Shown one piece after another: positions 17,590 to 28,021 of a stretch of 64,000 nt of DNA. The notes beneath the pieces are model-generated. The model was given only the letters and a program-made list of their open reading frames with translations. It was not told where the DNA came from and did not search any database. The translations under genes were made by a program, and so were the position numbers. The first letter of the stretch is position 1. Every line of letters starts with the position of its first letter. This stretch comes from Bacteroidaceae bacterium (GTDB lineage: Bacteria; Bacteroidota; Bacteroidia; Bacteroidales; Bacteroidaceae): assembly GCA_017416705.1 (NCBI GenBank), contig JAFQBG010000034.1, positions 1,117-65,116 of the forward strand, read 5' to 3'.

Positions 17590-19380
17590 TTATTGTGCAG
17601 GGGTGTGCAGTTCGGTGTTGCTGTTGTCGCGCAGAACGTCGTTTACAATGTTGGTGAGCATTGTTTTTAGTTCTTCGATAAATTCGCGGGCGTTATACTC
17701 TTTTTTCTCTATGTCGCGTAGTTTCTTCTCCCATTGTCCGGTTAGTTCTGCGCTTTTGAGAAGCTCGTTCTTTATGAGTGCTATCAGCTCTATTCCTGTC
17801 GTGGTGGCTACTACGTTTTTTTTCTCTCTTTTTATGTAGTTGCGTTTGTATAGTGTCTCTATGATGGCTGCCCGGGTCGAGGGGCGTCCTATGCCGTTTT
17901 CTTTCATGGCATCGCGCAGTTCCTCGTTATCGACAAATTTGCCGGCGGTCTCCATTGCTTGGAGCAGGGTTGCTTCGGTGTAGGCCTTGGGTGGCTTGGT
18001 CCATCTTTCAATCAGCTCGGGGGTGTGCGTGCCGCTTTCTCCTTTTTTGAAATCGGGCAGTATCTTGTTGTTGTCGTCTTTCTCCTCGTTGCTCTCTTGT
18101 GCGAAAAGGACTCTCCAACCGGCTTCGGTTATTACCTTGCCGCTTGTCTTGAACTCGATGTCGGCACTTTTGCCTTTTATGGTGGTGGTGCGGAATTTGC
18201 ACTCGGGGTAGAATATGGCTATGAAGTGTGTGGCAACAAGGTTATACACTTTTTTTTCTATGTCGCTAAGCCCTTGCTGATATACTCCGGTGGGTATAAT
18301 GGCATGGTGGTCGGTGACTTTTTTGTTGTCGAATACTTTTTTTGATTTTGGCAACGGCTTGTCTATTAACGGCTGTGTGTATTGCTGATAATCGCGTAAC
18401 CCTTTTAGTATGTTCTGGCACTTAGGGTATATGTCGTCGCTCAGATATGTGGTATCGACGCGAGGGTAGGTGGTCAGCTTTTTTTCGTATAGCGATTGTA
18501 TTGTTTGCAGTGTTACTTCGGCCGATAAACCATATTTTTTGTTGCAATCGACTTGCAACGATGTCAGGTCGTATAGTCGTGGGGGGTATTCGGTGCCGTT
18601 TTTGGCTGTTACATCTGTGACGACGAAAGGCTCTGTCTTTATTTTTTGCAGAACCTCTTGCCCGGCTTCTATATTATCGAATTTGCCTTCTGTGGCTGTG
18701 AAACCGGTGCCCCTGTATGTTGTTTTAAGTTCCCAAAACTGTTCGGGTACAAAATTTGCAATTTCCAAGTGTCGTTTTACAATGAGCGCAAGCGTTGGTG
18801 TCTGTACCCTGCCAATGGATAGCACTTGTCGGTTTTTTCCATATTTCAGTGTGTACAGGCGTGTCGCGTTCATGCCCAGCAGCCAGTCGCCAATGGCGCG
18901 GCTGAGGCCTGCCTCGTACAAGGAACGGTATTCCTCTTGGTCTTTCAGCTTGGAGAAACCGTCGCGAATGGCCTCCTCGGTGAGCGACGATACCCACAGA
19001 CGTTTCACAGGGCATTTTGCTTGTGCTTTCTGCATGACCCATCGCTGTATTAGTTCTCCCTCTTGCCCGGCATCGCCACAATTTACTATCATGTCGGCTT
19101 TTTGCATTAATTTTTCAATTATGGCAAATTGCTTTTCTATGCCTTTGTCGGCTATGAGTTTTATTCCGAAACGGGGTGGTATCATGGGCAGACTGCCAAG
19201 GCTCCAACGCTTCCACATATCGGTGTAGTCGTGTGGCTCTTTTAGCGTGCATAGGTGTCCGAATGTCCATGTCACACAGTAGTTGTTGCCTTCGATGAAA
19301 CCATCATGACGAGTATGTGCGCCAAGGACATCGGCTATCTCCTTGGCGACACTCGGTTTTTCTGCTATACAGACTATCAC
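17590..19380 (-). CDS. topB: type IA DNA topoisomerase (topoisomerase III-like)
   Basis: 596 aa with Toprim N-terminus MIVCIAEKPSVAKEIA, DAGQEGE, and active-site region TTYPRVDTTYL. GTG start immediately follows the mutB stop. No C-terminal zinc-finger domain. Confidence 0.85.
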   Translation of the reverse strand: MIVCIAEKPSVAKEIADVLGAHTRHDGFIEGNNYCVTWTFGHLCTLKEPHDYTDMWKRWSLGSLPMIPPRFGIKLIADKGIEKQFAIIEKLMQKADMIVNCGDAGQEGELIQRWVMQKAQAKCPVKRLWVSSLTEEAIRDGFSKLKDQEEYRSLYEAGLSRAIGDWLLGMNATRLYTLKYGKNRQVLSIGRVQTPTLALIVKRHLEIANFVPEQFWELKTTYRGTGFTATEGKFDNIEAGQEVLQKIKTEPFVVTDVTAKNGTEYPPRLYDLTSLQVDCNKKYGLSAEVTLQTIQSLYEKKLTTYPRVDTTYLSDDIYPKCQNILKGLRDYQQYTQPLIDKPLPKSKKVFDNKKVTDHHAIIPTGVYQQGLSDIEKKVYNLVATHFIAIFYPECKFRTTTIKGKSADIEFKTSGKVITEAGWRVLFAQESNEEKDDNNKILPDFKKGESGTHTPELIERWTKPPKAYTEATLLQAMETAGKFVDNEELRDAMKENGIGRPSTRAAIIETLYKRNYIKREKKNVVATTTGIELIALIKNELLKSAELTGQWEKKLRDIEKKEYNAREFIEELKTMLTNIVNDVLRDNSNTELHTPAQ

Positions 19381-21525
19381 TTACTCCTCCTCCTCATTTA
19401 ATAGTACTTGCATAAGTTCGCATGCTGCTTTGGCTATGCTTGTTCCGGGGCCGAAAATACCGGCAACGCCCGATTGGTACAGGAATTCATAATCCTGTGC
19501 GGGTATGACTCCGCCTGCAAATACCAATATATCATCGCGACCAAGTTTTTCTAATTCTTCTATCAGCTTGGGTATTAGGGTTTTGTGTCCGGCTGCCAGC
19601 GAAGAGACGCCAACGGCGTGAACATCGTTTTCTACTGCCTGACGAGCAACCTCGGCGGGTGTCTGGAACAACATGCCCATATCTACATCGAAACCGCAAT
19701 CGGCATAGCCTGTTGCAACAACCTTGGCGCCTCGGTCGTGTCCGTCTTGTCCCATTTTTGCTATCATGACTCGCGGACGGCGTCCCTCCTTGCGAGCAAA
19801 CTCCTCTGTCAGACGACAAGCCTTGGCAAAGTTCTCGTCGTTCTTGCTTTCTGTTGAATACACTCCTGAAATAGTTCTGATTATTGCTTTGTAACGTCCC
19901 GACACTTTTTCGCAGGCGTCGGAAATTTCTCCCAATGTGGCGCGTAGGCCGGCGGCTTCTATTGCACATTCAAGCAGGTTGCCTTGGCCGCTCTCGGCGC
20001 ACTCTGTAATTTTGGCAAGGGCCTTGCTCACTGCCTCTTCGTCGCGCTGTTGGTTGTTGCGCTTTATGGCTTCTATCTGCTCTTTGAGTACCGAGGTGTT
20101 GTCTATCTCCAAAATATCTATCGGTTCCTCTTTTTCCAAACGGTAGGCATTTGTGCCCACTATTATCTGTTTGCCACAGTCTATGCGAGCCTGAGTACGT
20201 GCGGCAGCCTCTTCAATCCTCATTTTGGGTATTCCTGTCTCGATGGCTTTTGCCATTCCGCCCAATTCCTCTATCTCCTGTATCAGTTTCCATGCTTTTT
20301 GGGCTATTTCGTGGGTGAGGCTCTCTACGTAGTATGAACCGCCCCATGGGTCGATGACGCGACAAATGCTTGTCTCTTCTTGGAGATATATTTGTGTGTT
20401 ACGTGCTATTCGTGCCGAATAGTCGGTTGGAAGGGCTATCGCCTCGTCCAATGCGTTTGTATGCAAGGATTGGGTGTGTCCCATGGCGGCTGCCATGGCT
20501 TCGATGACGGTGCGTCCCACGTTGTTGTATGGGTCTTGTTCGGTGAGCGACCAACCCGATGTCTGGCAGTGTGTGCGCAGTGCCATGGATTTAGGATTCT
20601 TGGGGTTGAAGCCTTTTATTATTTTTGCCCATAGCATACGTGCGGCACGCATTTTGGCTATTTCCATAAAGGGGTTCATGCCTATTCCCCAGAAAAACGA
20701 TAGTCGGGGCGCAAAGGCATCTATATCAATGCCGGCATTCACTCCTGCACGCACATATTCCAAGCCGTCGGCAAGGGTGTAGGCCAATTCTATCTCGGCC
20801 GATGCTCCTGCCTCTTGCATGTGGTAGCCCGAGATGGATATGGAATTGAATTTGGGCATATTTTGCGATGTATATGCAAAAATATCGCTGATTATTCGCA
20901 TGGAGAATGCCGGTGGGTATATATAGGTGTTACGCACCATGAATTCCTTTAAAATATCGTTTTGGATGGTTCCTGCCATTTCTTCGAGTTTTGCTCCCTG
21001 CTCCAATGCGGCGTTTATATAAAAGGCAAGTACGGGTAGTACCGCGCCGTTCATGGTCATCGACACCGACATTTTGTTCAGGGGAATACCGTCGAATAAC
21101 TGTTCCATGTTTTCCATGCAGCAGATGGATACTCCGGCTTTTCCCACATCGCCCACCACGCGCTCGTTGTCGGGGTTGTAGCCGCGGTGTGTGGGTAGGT
21201 CGAAAGCCACCGACAGTCCTTTTTGTCCAGATGCCAAGTTACGACGGTAGAAAGCGTTCGACTCCTCGGCTGTGGAGAAACCGGCATATTGACGTATGGT
21301 CCATGGACGGAATGTGTACATCATGGAGTATGGCCCGCGCAGGAACGGTGGCAGTCCGGCGGCATAGTCCAAATGCTCCATGTCGTTGAGGTCGTGGGCT
21401 GTGTATATGTTTTTTACCGATATGTGCTCGGGTGTCTCCCATAACTCGTTACTTGTATATGTTGTTTCCGCTGTTGTATTTGTACATGCGGCATGTATAT
21501 CTATGTTTTTGAAATTCTTTCTCAT
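19381..21525 (-). CDS. mutB: methylmalonyl-CoA mutase large (catalytic, B12-binding) subunit
   Basis: 714 aa with a mutase TIM-barrel region and a C-terminal cobalamin-binding domain ([14 protein letters not shown]). Confidence 0.95.
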   Translation of the reverse strand: MRKNFKNIDIHAACTNTTAETTYTSNELWETPEHISVKNIYTAHDLNDMEHLDYAAGLPPFLRGPYSMMYTFRPWTIRQYAGFSTAEESNAFYRRNLASGQKGLSVAFDLPTHRGYNPDNERVVGDVGKAGVSICCMENMEQLFDGIPLNKMSVSMTMNGAVLPVLAFYINAALEQGAKLEEMAGTIQNDILKEFMVRNTYIYPPAFSMRIISDIFAYTSQNMPKFNSISISGYHMQEAGASAEIELAYTLADGLEYVRAGVNAGIDIDAFAPRLSFFWGIGMNPFMEIAKMRAARMLWAKIIKGFNPKNPKSMALRTHCQTSGWSLTEQDPYNNVGRTVIEAMAAAMGHTQSLHTNALDEAIALPTDYSARIARNTQIYLQEETSICRVIDPWGGSYYVESLTHEIAQKAWKLIQEIEELGGMAKAIETGIPKMRIEEAAARTQARIDCGKQIIVGTNAYRLEKEEPIDILEIDNTSVLKEQIEAIKRNNQQRDEEAVSKALAKITECAESGQGNLLECAIEAAGLRATLGEISDACEKVSGRYKAIIRTISGVYSTESKNDENFAKACRLTEEFARKEGRRPRVMIAKMGQDGHDRGAKVVATGYADCGFDVDMGMLFQTPAEVARQAVENDVHAVGVSSLAAGHKTLIPKLIEELEKLGRDDILVFAGGVIPAQDYEFLYQSGVAGIFGPGTSIAKAACELMQVLLNEEEE

Positions 21526-21537
21526 AGCATCATACTT

Positions 21538-23382
21538 TTATATTCCCAGTGCGACATTTAATTTTTTGAGTGTATCGAGAACGTTCACTCTTACGTGGAT
21601 ATAGTTTTCTATACCTGCGGCTTGCAGTTGTGGGGTGCAAGCCGGTGCTCCGGCTATAATAAATATTACTTTGTCTTTCAGTAGTTCGAATGTGGGAATG
21701 GCATATTCGGCATACTCCTCGTCGCTGGAACACAAAACCACAATATCGGCTTTGCTTTTCAGTGCGGCTGCCACGCCTTCCTCGATGCTCTTGAAACCCA
21801 AGTTGTCGATGACTTCGTAGCCTGCTGTGGCTAAGAAATTGCACGAAAATTGTGCTCTTGCCTGTCGCATGGCGAGGTTGCCTATTGTCAGCATGAATGC
21901 CTTGGGACGCTTGCCGCTTTTTTCGGTTGCAAGCCTTAGCGACTCGAACTCGCTGCCTAAGCGTTGGCTTGACAATGTGGTGGGGCATGCTTGTTCGCTT
22001 GTGTCGTGGCAACATTTGCGTTTTACTTGTGTGTGTCCCTCGCTTGTCTCTGTGAAATTGGGGTATTGGTTTGTTCCTAACAATATCTCGCGTCGTTTGG
22101 CAAGGGCTGTGCGACGATTCTCGCCCGTCTCGTTTATGATTTTGGTTATTTCCCCTCTTTTTACACATTCGTGGAAACCGCCGTTCTCTTCACATTCCAA
22201 GAATATTCTCCATGCTTCGGTTGCAATGGAGCGTGTCAGACTTTCTATGTAGTAGGAGCCTCCGGCAGGGTCGGCAACCTTGTCTAAATGACTTTCGTGT
22301 TTCAATATCAGTTGTTGGTTCTTGGCTATGCGATTGGCAAAGTCGGTGGGTGCCTCGTACACCGAATCGTATGGTAGTACCGTCACCGATTCTACTCCTG
22401 CCAATGCGGCGCTCATGGCCTCGGTCTGGGTGCGCAGCATATTTACATAAGGGTCGAACAGTGTCATGTTGAACATCGAAGTGCAGGCGTGAATGTGCAT
22501 CATGCAGGCTGTTTTGTTTTTGGGTTGGTATTGTTCCACTATTTTCGACCATAGCATGCGTGCCGCACGGAACTTTGCTATCTCCATGAAGAAATTGCCC
22601 GATATGCCGAAATTGAATTTTATCTTGCTTGCAGCGGTGTCGGTGTCAATGCCTCCTTCGGTCATGGTGTGCAGGTACTCGTTGCCCCATGCAAGCGCAT
22701 ATCCGAGCTCTTGTGTTATATATGCGCCGGCATTACACATATACACTGCATTCACCATGACGCAACGCATCCGGGGCATGGCTTTTGTCTCTGTCAGCAT
22801 GAGCCTTATATCTTCCAGATAATCCTTTATTACCTTGCCGCGGGATAATTCCTTGCCTATGGCATCGTATTCTATGCTGCCGCTTATTTTTGACAAATCA
22901 TATCCGCATGTAGCGTAATATTCGGCCAATAATGTGGTGAGGTATGCCGCTTTTTTTATACATACTCCGAAATTTAATTCTGCATCCTGTGCGTTTATTC
23001 CATCGAGCAATGTGCTTATTAGTTTGTCCGACACCATATCTCCTTTTATGTGGAAACACAGCGAATCGACACCCTCGCTAAGCATTTTCTTTGCTTTTTC
23101 GTTGGCAATAGAGACATCCTCGACATATATATCCTGTCTGATGCGCCAGTTGTTATTGTTCTTGTTGCCTCTTGTGTAGGGGAATACTCCGGGTAGGGAA
23201 TTCTTGTCAGTGTCCACGTCCTCCTTACGATAGAATGGCTTGACGTTAAAACCTTCCGATGTTTTCCATATCATTTTTTTGTCGTAGTCGGCTCCTTTCA
23301 GGTCCTCTACGATTTTGTCTTTCCACTCCTGTGTGGAGATAGCCGGGAACTCGCCAAAGAGTTTTGTCTTGTTGTTATCCAT
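21538..23382 (-). CDS. mutA: methylmalonyl-CoA mutase small subunit
   Basis: 614-aa mutase paralog lacking the DxHxxG cobalamin motif, located directly upstream of mutB. Confidence 0.9.
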   Translation of the reverse strand: MDNNKTKLFGEFPAISTQEWKDKIVEDLKGADYDKKMIWKTSEGFNVKPFYRKEDVDTDKNSLPGVFPYTRGNKNNNNWRIRQDIYVEDVSIANEKAKKMLSEGVDSLCFHIKGDMVSDKLISTLLDGINAQDAELNFGVCIKKAAYLTTLLAEYYATCGYDLSKISGSIEYDAIGKELSRGKVIKDYLEDIRLMLTETKAMPRMRCVMVNAVYMCNAGAYITQELGYALAWGNEYLHTMTEGGIDTDTAASKIKFNFGISGNFFMEIAKFRAARMLWSKIVEQYQPKNKTACMMHIHACTSMFNMTLFDPYVNMLRTQTEAMSAALAGVESVTVLPYDSVYEAPTDFANRIAKNQQLILKHESHLDKVADPAGGSYYIESLTRSIATEAWRIFLECEENGGFHECVKRGEITKIINETGENRRTALAKRREILLGTNQYPNFTETSEGHTQVKRKCCHDTSEQACPTTLSSQRLGSEFESLRLATEKSGKRPKAFMLTIGNLAMRQARAQFSCNFLATAGYEVIDNLGFKSIEEGVAAALKSKADIVVLCSSDEEYAEYAIPTFELLKDKVIFIIAGAPACTPQLQAAGIENYIHVRVNVLDTLKKLNVALGI

Positions 23383-23543
23383 AATTTTTTGGTTTTTTGT
23401 TGAACATAGGGACCGGGCATTGTTTTACAAAAAAAATGTTTGCTTAACGAATATACGGTCAATATAAACAATAACCTTGCTTTTATTTACGTGGCTAAGA
23501 TATAAATATATTTTAAAATTACGCGAATTTTAAAATAAAAACA

Positions 23544-23551
23544 TAACTTTG
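23544..23551 (+). promoter_or_regulatory. -7 promoter box TAACTTTG
   Basis: 28 nt upstream of the ATG at 23580. Confidence 0.45.
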
Positions 23552-23579
23552 TAGTCGGATAAACTAAAATAGCATATAT

Positions 23580-25124
23580 ATGAGGAAATATATACTCTCT
23601 GTTTTTTTACTTGTTTTTTGTTCTGTGCTTACTTTGAAAGCACAAACTTCGTACTATAATTCCATAGACGGAACCAAGGGCGGTGAGACACTGAAAAATG
23701 TCCTTTATAATCTGATAAGGAATATGTCAACCGTCAGCTATGGCTCGGGCGAGAACAATACTTGGGGTGCATTCTATACAACGGATGCCATTATGAGCGG
23801 TGGCATGCGCCAAGTGGCCGATATGTACTCCGACGTTGTCCGATACTTTGGCTCGAAGGGCGAGGTGGTCAGTGGCATGAACATCGAACATAGCGTGCCC
23901 AAAAGTTGGTGGGGCGGTACGAAAAACAATGCCTACGAGGATTTGCACCATTTAAATCCGTCGGATGAGACTGCCAATAGCCGAAAAAGCAACTACCCCA
24001 TGGCCGAACTTGGCAGCGTGTCGTGGACAAACGGTATCACCAGCGTGGGCAAGGCGGTAATTGCAGGCACAAGCCAAAATGCCTTTGAGCCGGCCGATGA
24101 GTATAAGGGTGATTTTGCCCGTACCTATATGTATATGTTTACATGCTATCAAAATTTAACATGGCAATATACTTGGATGAACTACGAGAACAGCAGCTAT
24201 CCCACTCTGAAACCATGGGCGGTGGAATTACTCATGAAATGGCATCGTCAGGATCCTGTGAGCCAAAAAGAGATAGCACGCAACAATGCGGTATATGTCA
24301 TTCAAGGCAATCGTAACCCCTATGTCGATTATCCGCGTTTGGCCGATTTCGTTTGGGGCGACTCCATTAACAATACATTCTATCTGTATGGCGGTGTCGA
24401 GGATGGTACCGGCAACCAAACAGGTAGCAGTAGCGGTAGCGGCAGTGGCGGCGGCGACATCTCGGATGGCGGCGATGAAGGAGGGAACACACCGCTGTAT
24501 GCGGCAAATTTCACCCTTGTCACAAACGCATCGTCCTTGTCGGTGGGCGACACCATAATAATAGCCTCGGGCTCGGTGGCACTGAGCACTAACCAAAAAT
24601 CGAATAATCGTGGTGAGGCTGCCATCGAGATAGCAAGTAACAATGTGGAGATAGCATATATATCCTCGGATGTTCAAAAAATAGTCCTCGAACAGGGTGC
24701 TACATCAGGTACATTTGCCTTTAACGTTGGCGACGGATATCTGTATGCGGCATCGAGCAGCAAAAATCTGTTGCGCACGCAAACTGCCATAGATGCCAAT
24801 GCAAGCTGGCTCATAACCATCGGCGGCGACGCACTTGCCGATATAGCAGCGCAGGGTGACAATGAACGCAATTTGCTAAGATACAATACATCGGCGTCGT
24901 TGTTCTCTTGCTACAAGAGCGGTCAGGCGCTTGTTAATATATATGCCAAGTCGCGTGTAGTGGACTCATCGGTCGATAATATAGAATATAATTCCAACAA
25001 GGTGGTCGATGTGTATAACATTGCCGGTGTGTGTGTACGTCGGCAGGTGACACTGGGCGAGGCTACCGAAGGACTGCCAAAAGGGTTGTATATAGTGGAT
25101 AGGAAAAAATATTATGTGAAGTAA
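23580..25124 (+). CDS. secreted endonuclease I family nuclease with extra middle domain and T9SS C-terminal sorting domain
   Basis: 514 aa with a signal peptide and endonuclease I motifs (NIEHSVPKSWWGG, DLHHLNPSD, NSRKSNYP). These are followed by a Gly/Ser linker, an uncharacterised domain of about 170 aa, and a C-terminus VDVYNIAGVCVRR...LPKGLYIVDRKKYYVK resembling a Por/T9SS CTD. Confidence 0.8.
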   Translation: MRKYILSVFLLVFCSVLTLKAQTSYYNSIDGTKGGETLKNVLYNLIRNMSTVSYGSGENNTWGAFYTTDAIMSGGMRQVADMYSDVVRYFGSKGEVVSGMNIEHSVPKSWWGGTKNNAYEDLHHLNPSDETANSRKSNYPMAELGSVSWTNGITSVGKAVIAGTSQNAFEPADEYKGDFARTYMYMFTCYQNLTWQYTWMNYENSSYPTLKPWAVELLMKWHRQDPVSQKEIARNNAVYVIQGNRNPYVDYPRLADFVWGDSINNTFYLYGGVEDGTGNQTGSSSGSGSGGGDISDGGDEGGNTPLYAANFTLVTNASSLSVGDTIIIASGSVALSTNQKSNNRGEAAIEIASNNVEIAYISSDVQKIVLEQGATSGTFAFNVGDGYLYAASSSKNLLRTQTAIDANASWLITIGGDALADIAAQGDNERNLLRYNTSASLFSCYKSGQALVNIYAKSRVVDSSVDNIEYNSNKVVDVYNIAGVCVRRQVTLGEATEGLPKGLYIVDRKKYYVK

Positions 25125-25256
25125 GGTGCAGTTTCAATTTATATCGCGTTATAATTCTCGGAATTGGGAAATAGGCGGTATTGTATAAGAAAACAGTGCC
25201 CTTAGAAAAAAGCCCCCCACGAGCCTTGGCTTGTCGAAAATAATAGAGGTTGTCGC

Positions 25257-25745
25257 TTATTTAAGCTCGACAACCTCTAAATCTTTAAATTTGTCGCGGT
25301 CTATTGTTATTTTAACAAGTGTCCTTACTTGTTGCCATCCCTGCTTTCCGGCTGCTCCGGGATTTATATGCAGGCAGCCCAGCTGTTTATCGAATATCAC
25401 TTTTAATATATGGGAGTGCCCCGACACGAACAGCTGCGGAGGACGTTCGTATAGTTCCTTGCGCACCGATGCGTCGTAGCGGCCGGGGTAGCCGCCGATA
25501 TGTTTCATCAGCACGTTGCAATCCTCTATCTTGAACCGCAGCGTTTCGCTATATTTCTGTCTTATAATGCCGCCATCGATGTTTCCATATACGGCACGCA
25601 GTGGGCGAAATTCCTCTAACTTGTTGGTTATTATGTCGCTGCCTATGTCGCCAACGTGCCATATTTCGTCGCAGTCGGCAAAGTGAAACAGGTATTTGTC
25701 GTCCCAGAAACCATGCGTGTCCGATAAAATACCTATGCGCTTCAT
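25257..25745 (-). CDS. YfcE/MJ0936-type metallophosphoesterase
   Basis: MKRIGILSDTHG, WHVGDIG, GNIDG and SGHSHI motifs. Start trimmed from 25850 to ATG 25745, with a 4-nt overlap with the upstream gene. Confidence 0.85.
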   Translation of the reverse strand: MKRIGILSDTHGFWDDKYLFHFADCDEIWHVGDIGSDIITNKLEEFRPLRAVYGNIDGGIIRQKYSETLRFKIEDCNVLMKHIGGYPGRYDASVRKELYERPPQLFVSGHSHILKVIFDKQLGCLHINPGAAGKQGWQQVRTLVKITIDRDKFKDLEVVELK

Positions 25746-26365
25746 AGCCCCAGACGTTGTTTGGCATATTCGTATATAAATTCCACAGTGCCGTCTATGC
25801 CAAGACGCGAGGAATTTATACACAGGTCGTAGTGTCGCGCTACTCCCCATTCGGTGGTGGCATAATAGTCGTGGTACGATTTTCGTTTTCTGTCGCCTTT
25901 TTCTATGAACTCCGCAGCCTCCTCCTTGCTAAGCCCCTTGCTTTTCATTATTCGTTTCACCCTGTCGTCGCTGTCGGCTGTAACGAATATACTTATCATA
26001 TTGGGGTGGTCACGCAGGATATATTCCGAGCAGCGTCCTATTGTGATACACGACTCGCGCTCGGCTATGTTACGTATGGCTTCGCTCTGAATTTGAAATA
26101 GACGGTCGCTGTTCATGCAACTGTCTTGCCCGGCAAAATAACTCGAAATGGAGTCGCGCAGAGCAATAAAATGCTCCAAGAATGTGCTCGACTCTTTTTC
26201 ATCGGCGTTCTCGAATGTATCGGCGTCAAGGCCGCTCTCTTGTGCGGCTGCCTCCAATATTTTTTTATCGTACACCTGTACGTTCAGTTTCTTGGACAGT
26301 TTCTCGGCTATTTCTTTTCCGCCGCTTCCTAATTGTCGCCCTATTGAGATAACATACTTTTTCAT
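25742..26365 (-). CDS. cytidylate kinase-like family protein
   Basis: 207 aa. The N-terminal glycine loop ISIGRQLGSGGKEIAEKL is typical of the Cytidylate_kin2-type family. Confidence 0.7.
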   Translation of the reverse strand: MKKYVISIGRQLGSGGKEIAEKLSKKLNVQVYDKKILEAAAQESGLDADTFENADEKESSTFLEHFIALRDSISSYFAGQDSCMNSDRLFQIQSEAIRNIAERESCITIGRCSEYILRDHPNMISIFVTADSDDRVKRIMKSKGLSKEEAAEFIEKGDRKRKSYHDYYATTEWGVARHYDLCINSSRLGIDGTVEFIYEYAKQRLGL

Positions 26366-26384
26366 ATTATTTCAATTTAGTTTT

Positions 26385-27764
26385 TCAATCTGTGATATTT
26401 TCTTTACGCCACTGCTTGAATTGCTGTGCAAGCAATATTACGGTAAGTAACGCAGCTAAAAAGTCGGAGATAGGCATGCTGTACCATACGCCGCTTTCGC
26501 CAAGGAATAGCGGCAATATAATGAGCATGGGCAGCAGCAGTATCATCTGTCGTGTCAACGATAGGAATATGGATTTTTTTACTTTGCCTATGCTCTGGAA
26601 AAAGTTAGTTGTCACAAGCTGGAACCCGATGAGTGGCATGAACAGCGACATTATCCTAAGCGCATTTACAGAACTGTCGATGAGCGACTCTTCGGTGGTG
26701 AATGCACGTGCCACAATCCCGGGCATGAACTCGCTGATGATAAATCCCAATGTGGTGATGATGGTGGCCCATATTATTGTCAGTTTCAGTGTGTCTTTGA
26801 CACGCCCGAAGCGTTTGGCACCGTAGTTGTAGCCGACAATGGGTTGCATGCCCTGTGTCAGGCCCAATACAACCATGACGAATATAAATTGTACCCGGTT
26901 GGCTATGCCGTATGCCGCAATGGATATATCGCCATTGTCGCTGTAATTCCTCAATCCCTTGTTTATTATTATGACAACGACGCAGGCTGCCACATTTATG
27001 AAAAACGGCGACATGCCTATGCCTAAAATGCCTTTAACAATATTTGAACGCAGTTTGTATATGCCACGCTGCAAGTGTAATAACTCGTTGGTGTTGCTCA
27101 GTAGTTTTATCTGCCACAGCAGTGTGATACATTGCGACAGGATGGTGGCAAGAGCGGCTCCTCTTATGCCCCAGTCGAGTACATATATAAACAGGGGTGC
27201 CAATACCACATTCATACATACCGTCATGATAGTGGCATACATGGCTTGCTTGGGATGCCCCGAAGCTCGTAGTGCAGCGTTAATTCCCAAATACAGGTGC
27301 GTCACGATATTACCATATAGTATAATCTCCATGAATGCACGGGCAAAGGGCAGTGTCGATTCGCTTGCTCCAAAAAAGAACAATATGTCGTCGAGAAACA
27401 GCAACGATATGCCTGCAAACAGTACGCCCACCATTATGTTCAGCGTAACAAGGTTCCCCAGAATGGTTTTTGCCGATTCATAGTCGCGCTGTCCCAAGCG
27501 TACCGATAATTGTGTGGCTCCACCTACGCCAACCATGGCTCCAAATGCCGCCGATAGGTTCATGAAAGGGAATGTCGTTGCCAATCCCGAAATGGCAAAA
27601 GCACCAACCTCGGGGATATGCCCTATGAAAATGCTGTCAATCATGTGGTACAGCGATGCCGCTGTTTGTGCAATAATGGCGGGAATGGCATATTGCATTA
27701 ATAATTTCCCTATTTTTTCTGTACCAAGCTCGGTGGGGACTTTACGTCCGATATTTTTAGTCAT
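26385..27764 (-). CDS. MATE family efflux transporter
   Basis: About 12 TM helices. The N-terminus GTEKIGKLLMQYAIPAIIAQ is typical of MATE. Start trimmed from 27830 to ATG 27764. Confidence 0.85.
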   Translation of the reverse strand: MTKNIGRKVPTELGTEKIGKLLMQYAIPAIIAQTAASLYHMIDSIFIGHIPEVGAFAISGLATTFPFMNLSAAFGAMVGVGGATQLSVRLGQRDYESAKTILGNLVTLNIMVGVLFAGISLLFLDDILFFFGASESTLPFARAFMEIILYGNIVTHLYLGINAALRASGHPKQAMYATIMTVCMNVVLAPLFIYVLDWGIRGAALATILSQCITLLWQIKLLSNTNELLHLQRGIYKLRSNIVKGILGIGMSPFFINVAACVVVIIINKGLRNYSDNGDISIAAYGIANRVQFIFVMVVLGLTQGMQPIVGYNYGAKRFGRVKDTLKLTIIWATIITTLGFIISEFMPGIVARAFTTEESLIDSSVNALRIMSLFMPLIGFQLVTTNFFQSIGKVKKSIFLSLTRQMILLLPMLIILPLFLGESGVWYSMPISDFLAALLTVILLAQQFKQWRKENITD

Positions 27765-27827
27765 AATAGTTTTTTCTTTTACTATATTTCTTAGCAACGC
27801 AAAAAAATATATATTTTTGCACAGTTG

Positions 27828-27835
27828 CAAAGTTA
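27828..27835 (-). promoter_or_regulatory. -7 promoter box (TAACTTTG on minus strand)
   Basis: CAAAGTTA, 63 nt upstream of the start at 27764. Confidence 0.4.
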
Positions 27836-28021
27836 CAAAAAAAGAGCAACAAGTGCTATATATAAAACAAACAAATGTAAATTGTTTTAATTTGTATCGT
27901 CTGGTTTTTTATAGAGCAAGAATAGTAGCTTGCCTGTATTTTGCAGGCTACATAGCGGGCTATGTAGCCACAAAAAAGGAAGAAACAGGCATTTTTTATA
28001 AAACAGATTATAATTACGGAT

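Noticed and set aside
23383-23579. Cobalamin riboswitch upstream of the methylmalonyl-CoA mutase genes (and a TPP riboswitch near thiL)
   Set aside because: No B12-box-like or TPP-aptamer-like conserved segments are recognisable by eye. The region is A/T-rich promoter DNA shared with the divergent nuclease gene. This is not a rigorous search.
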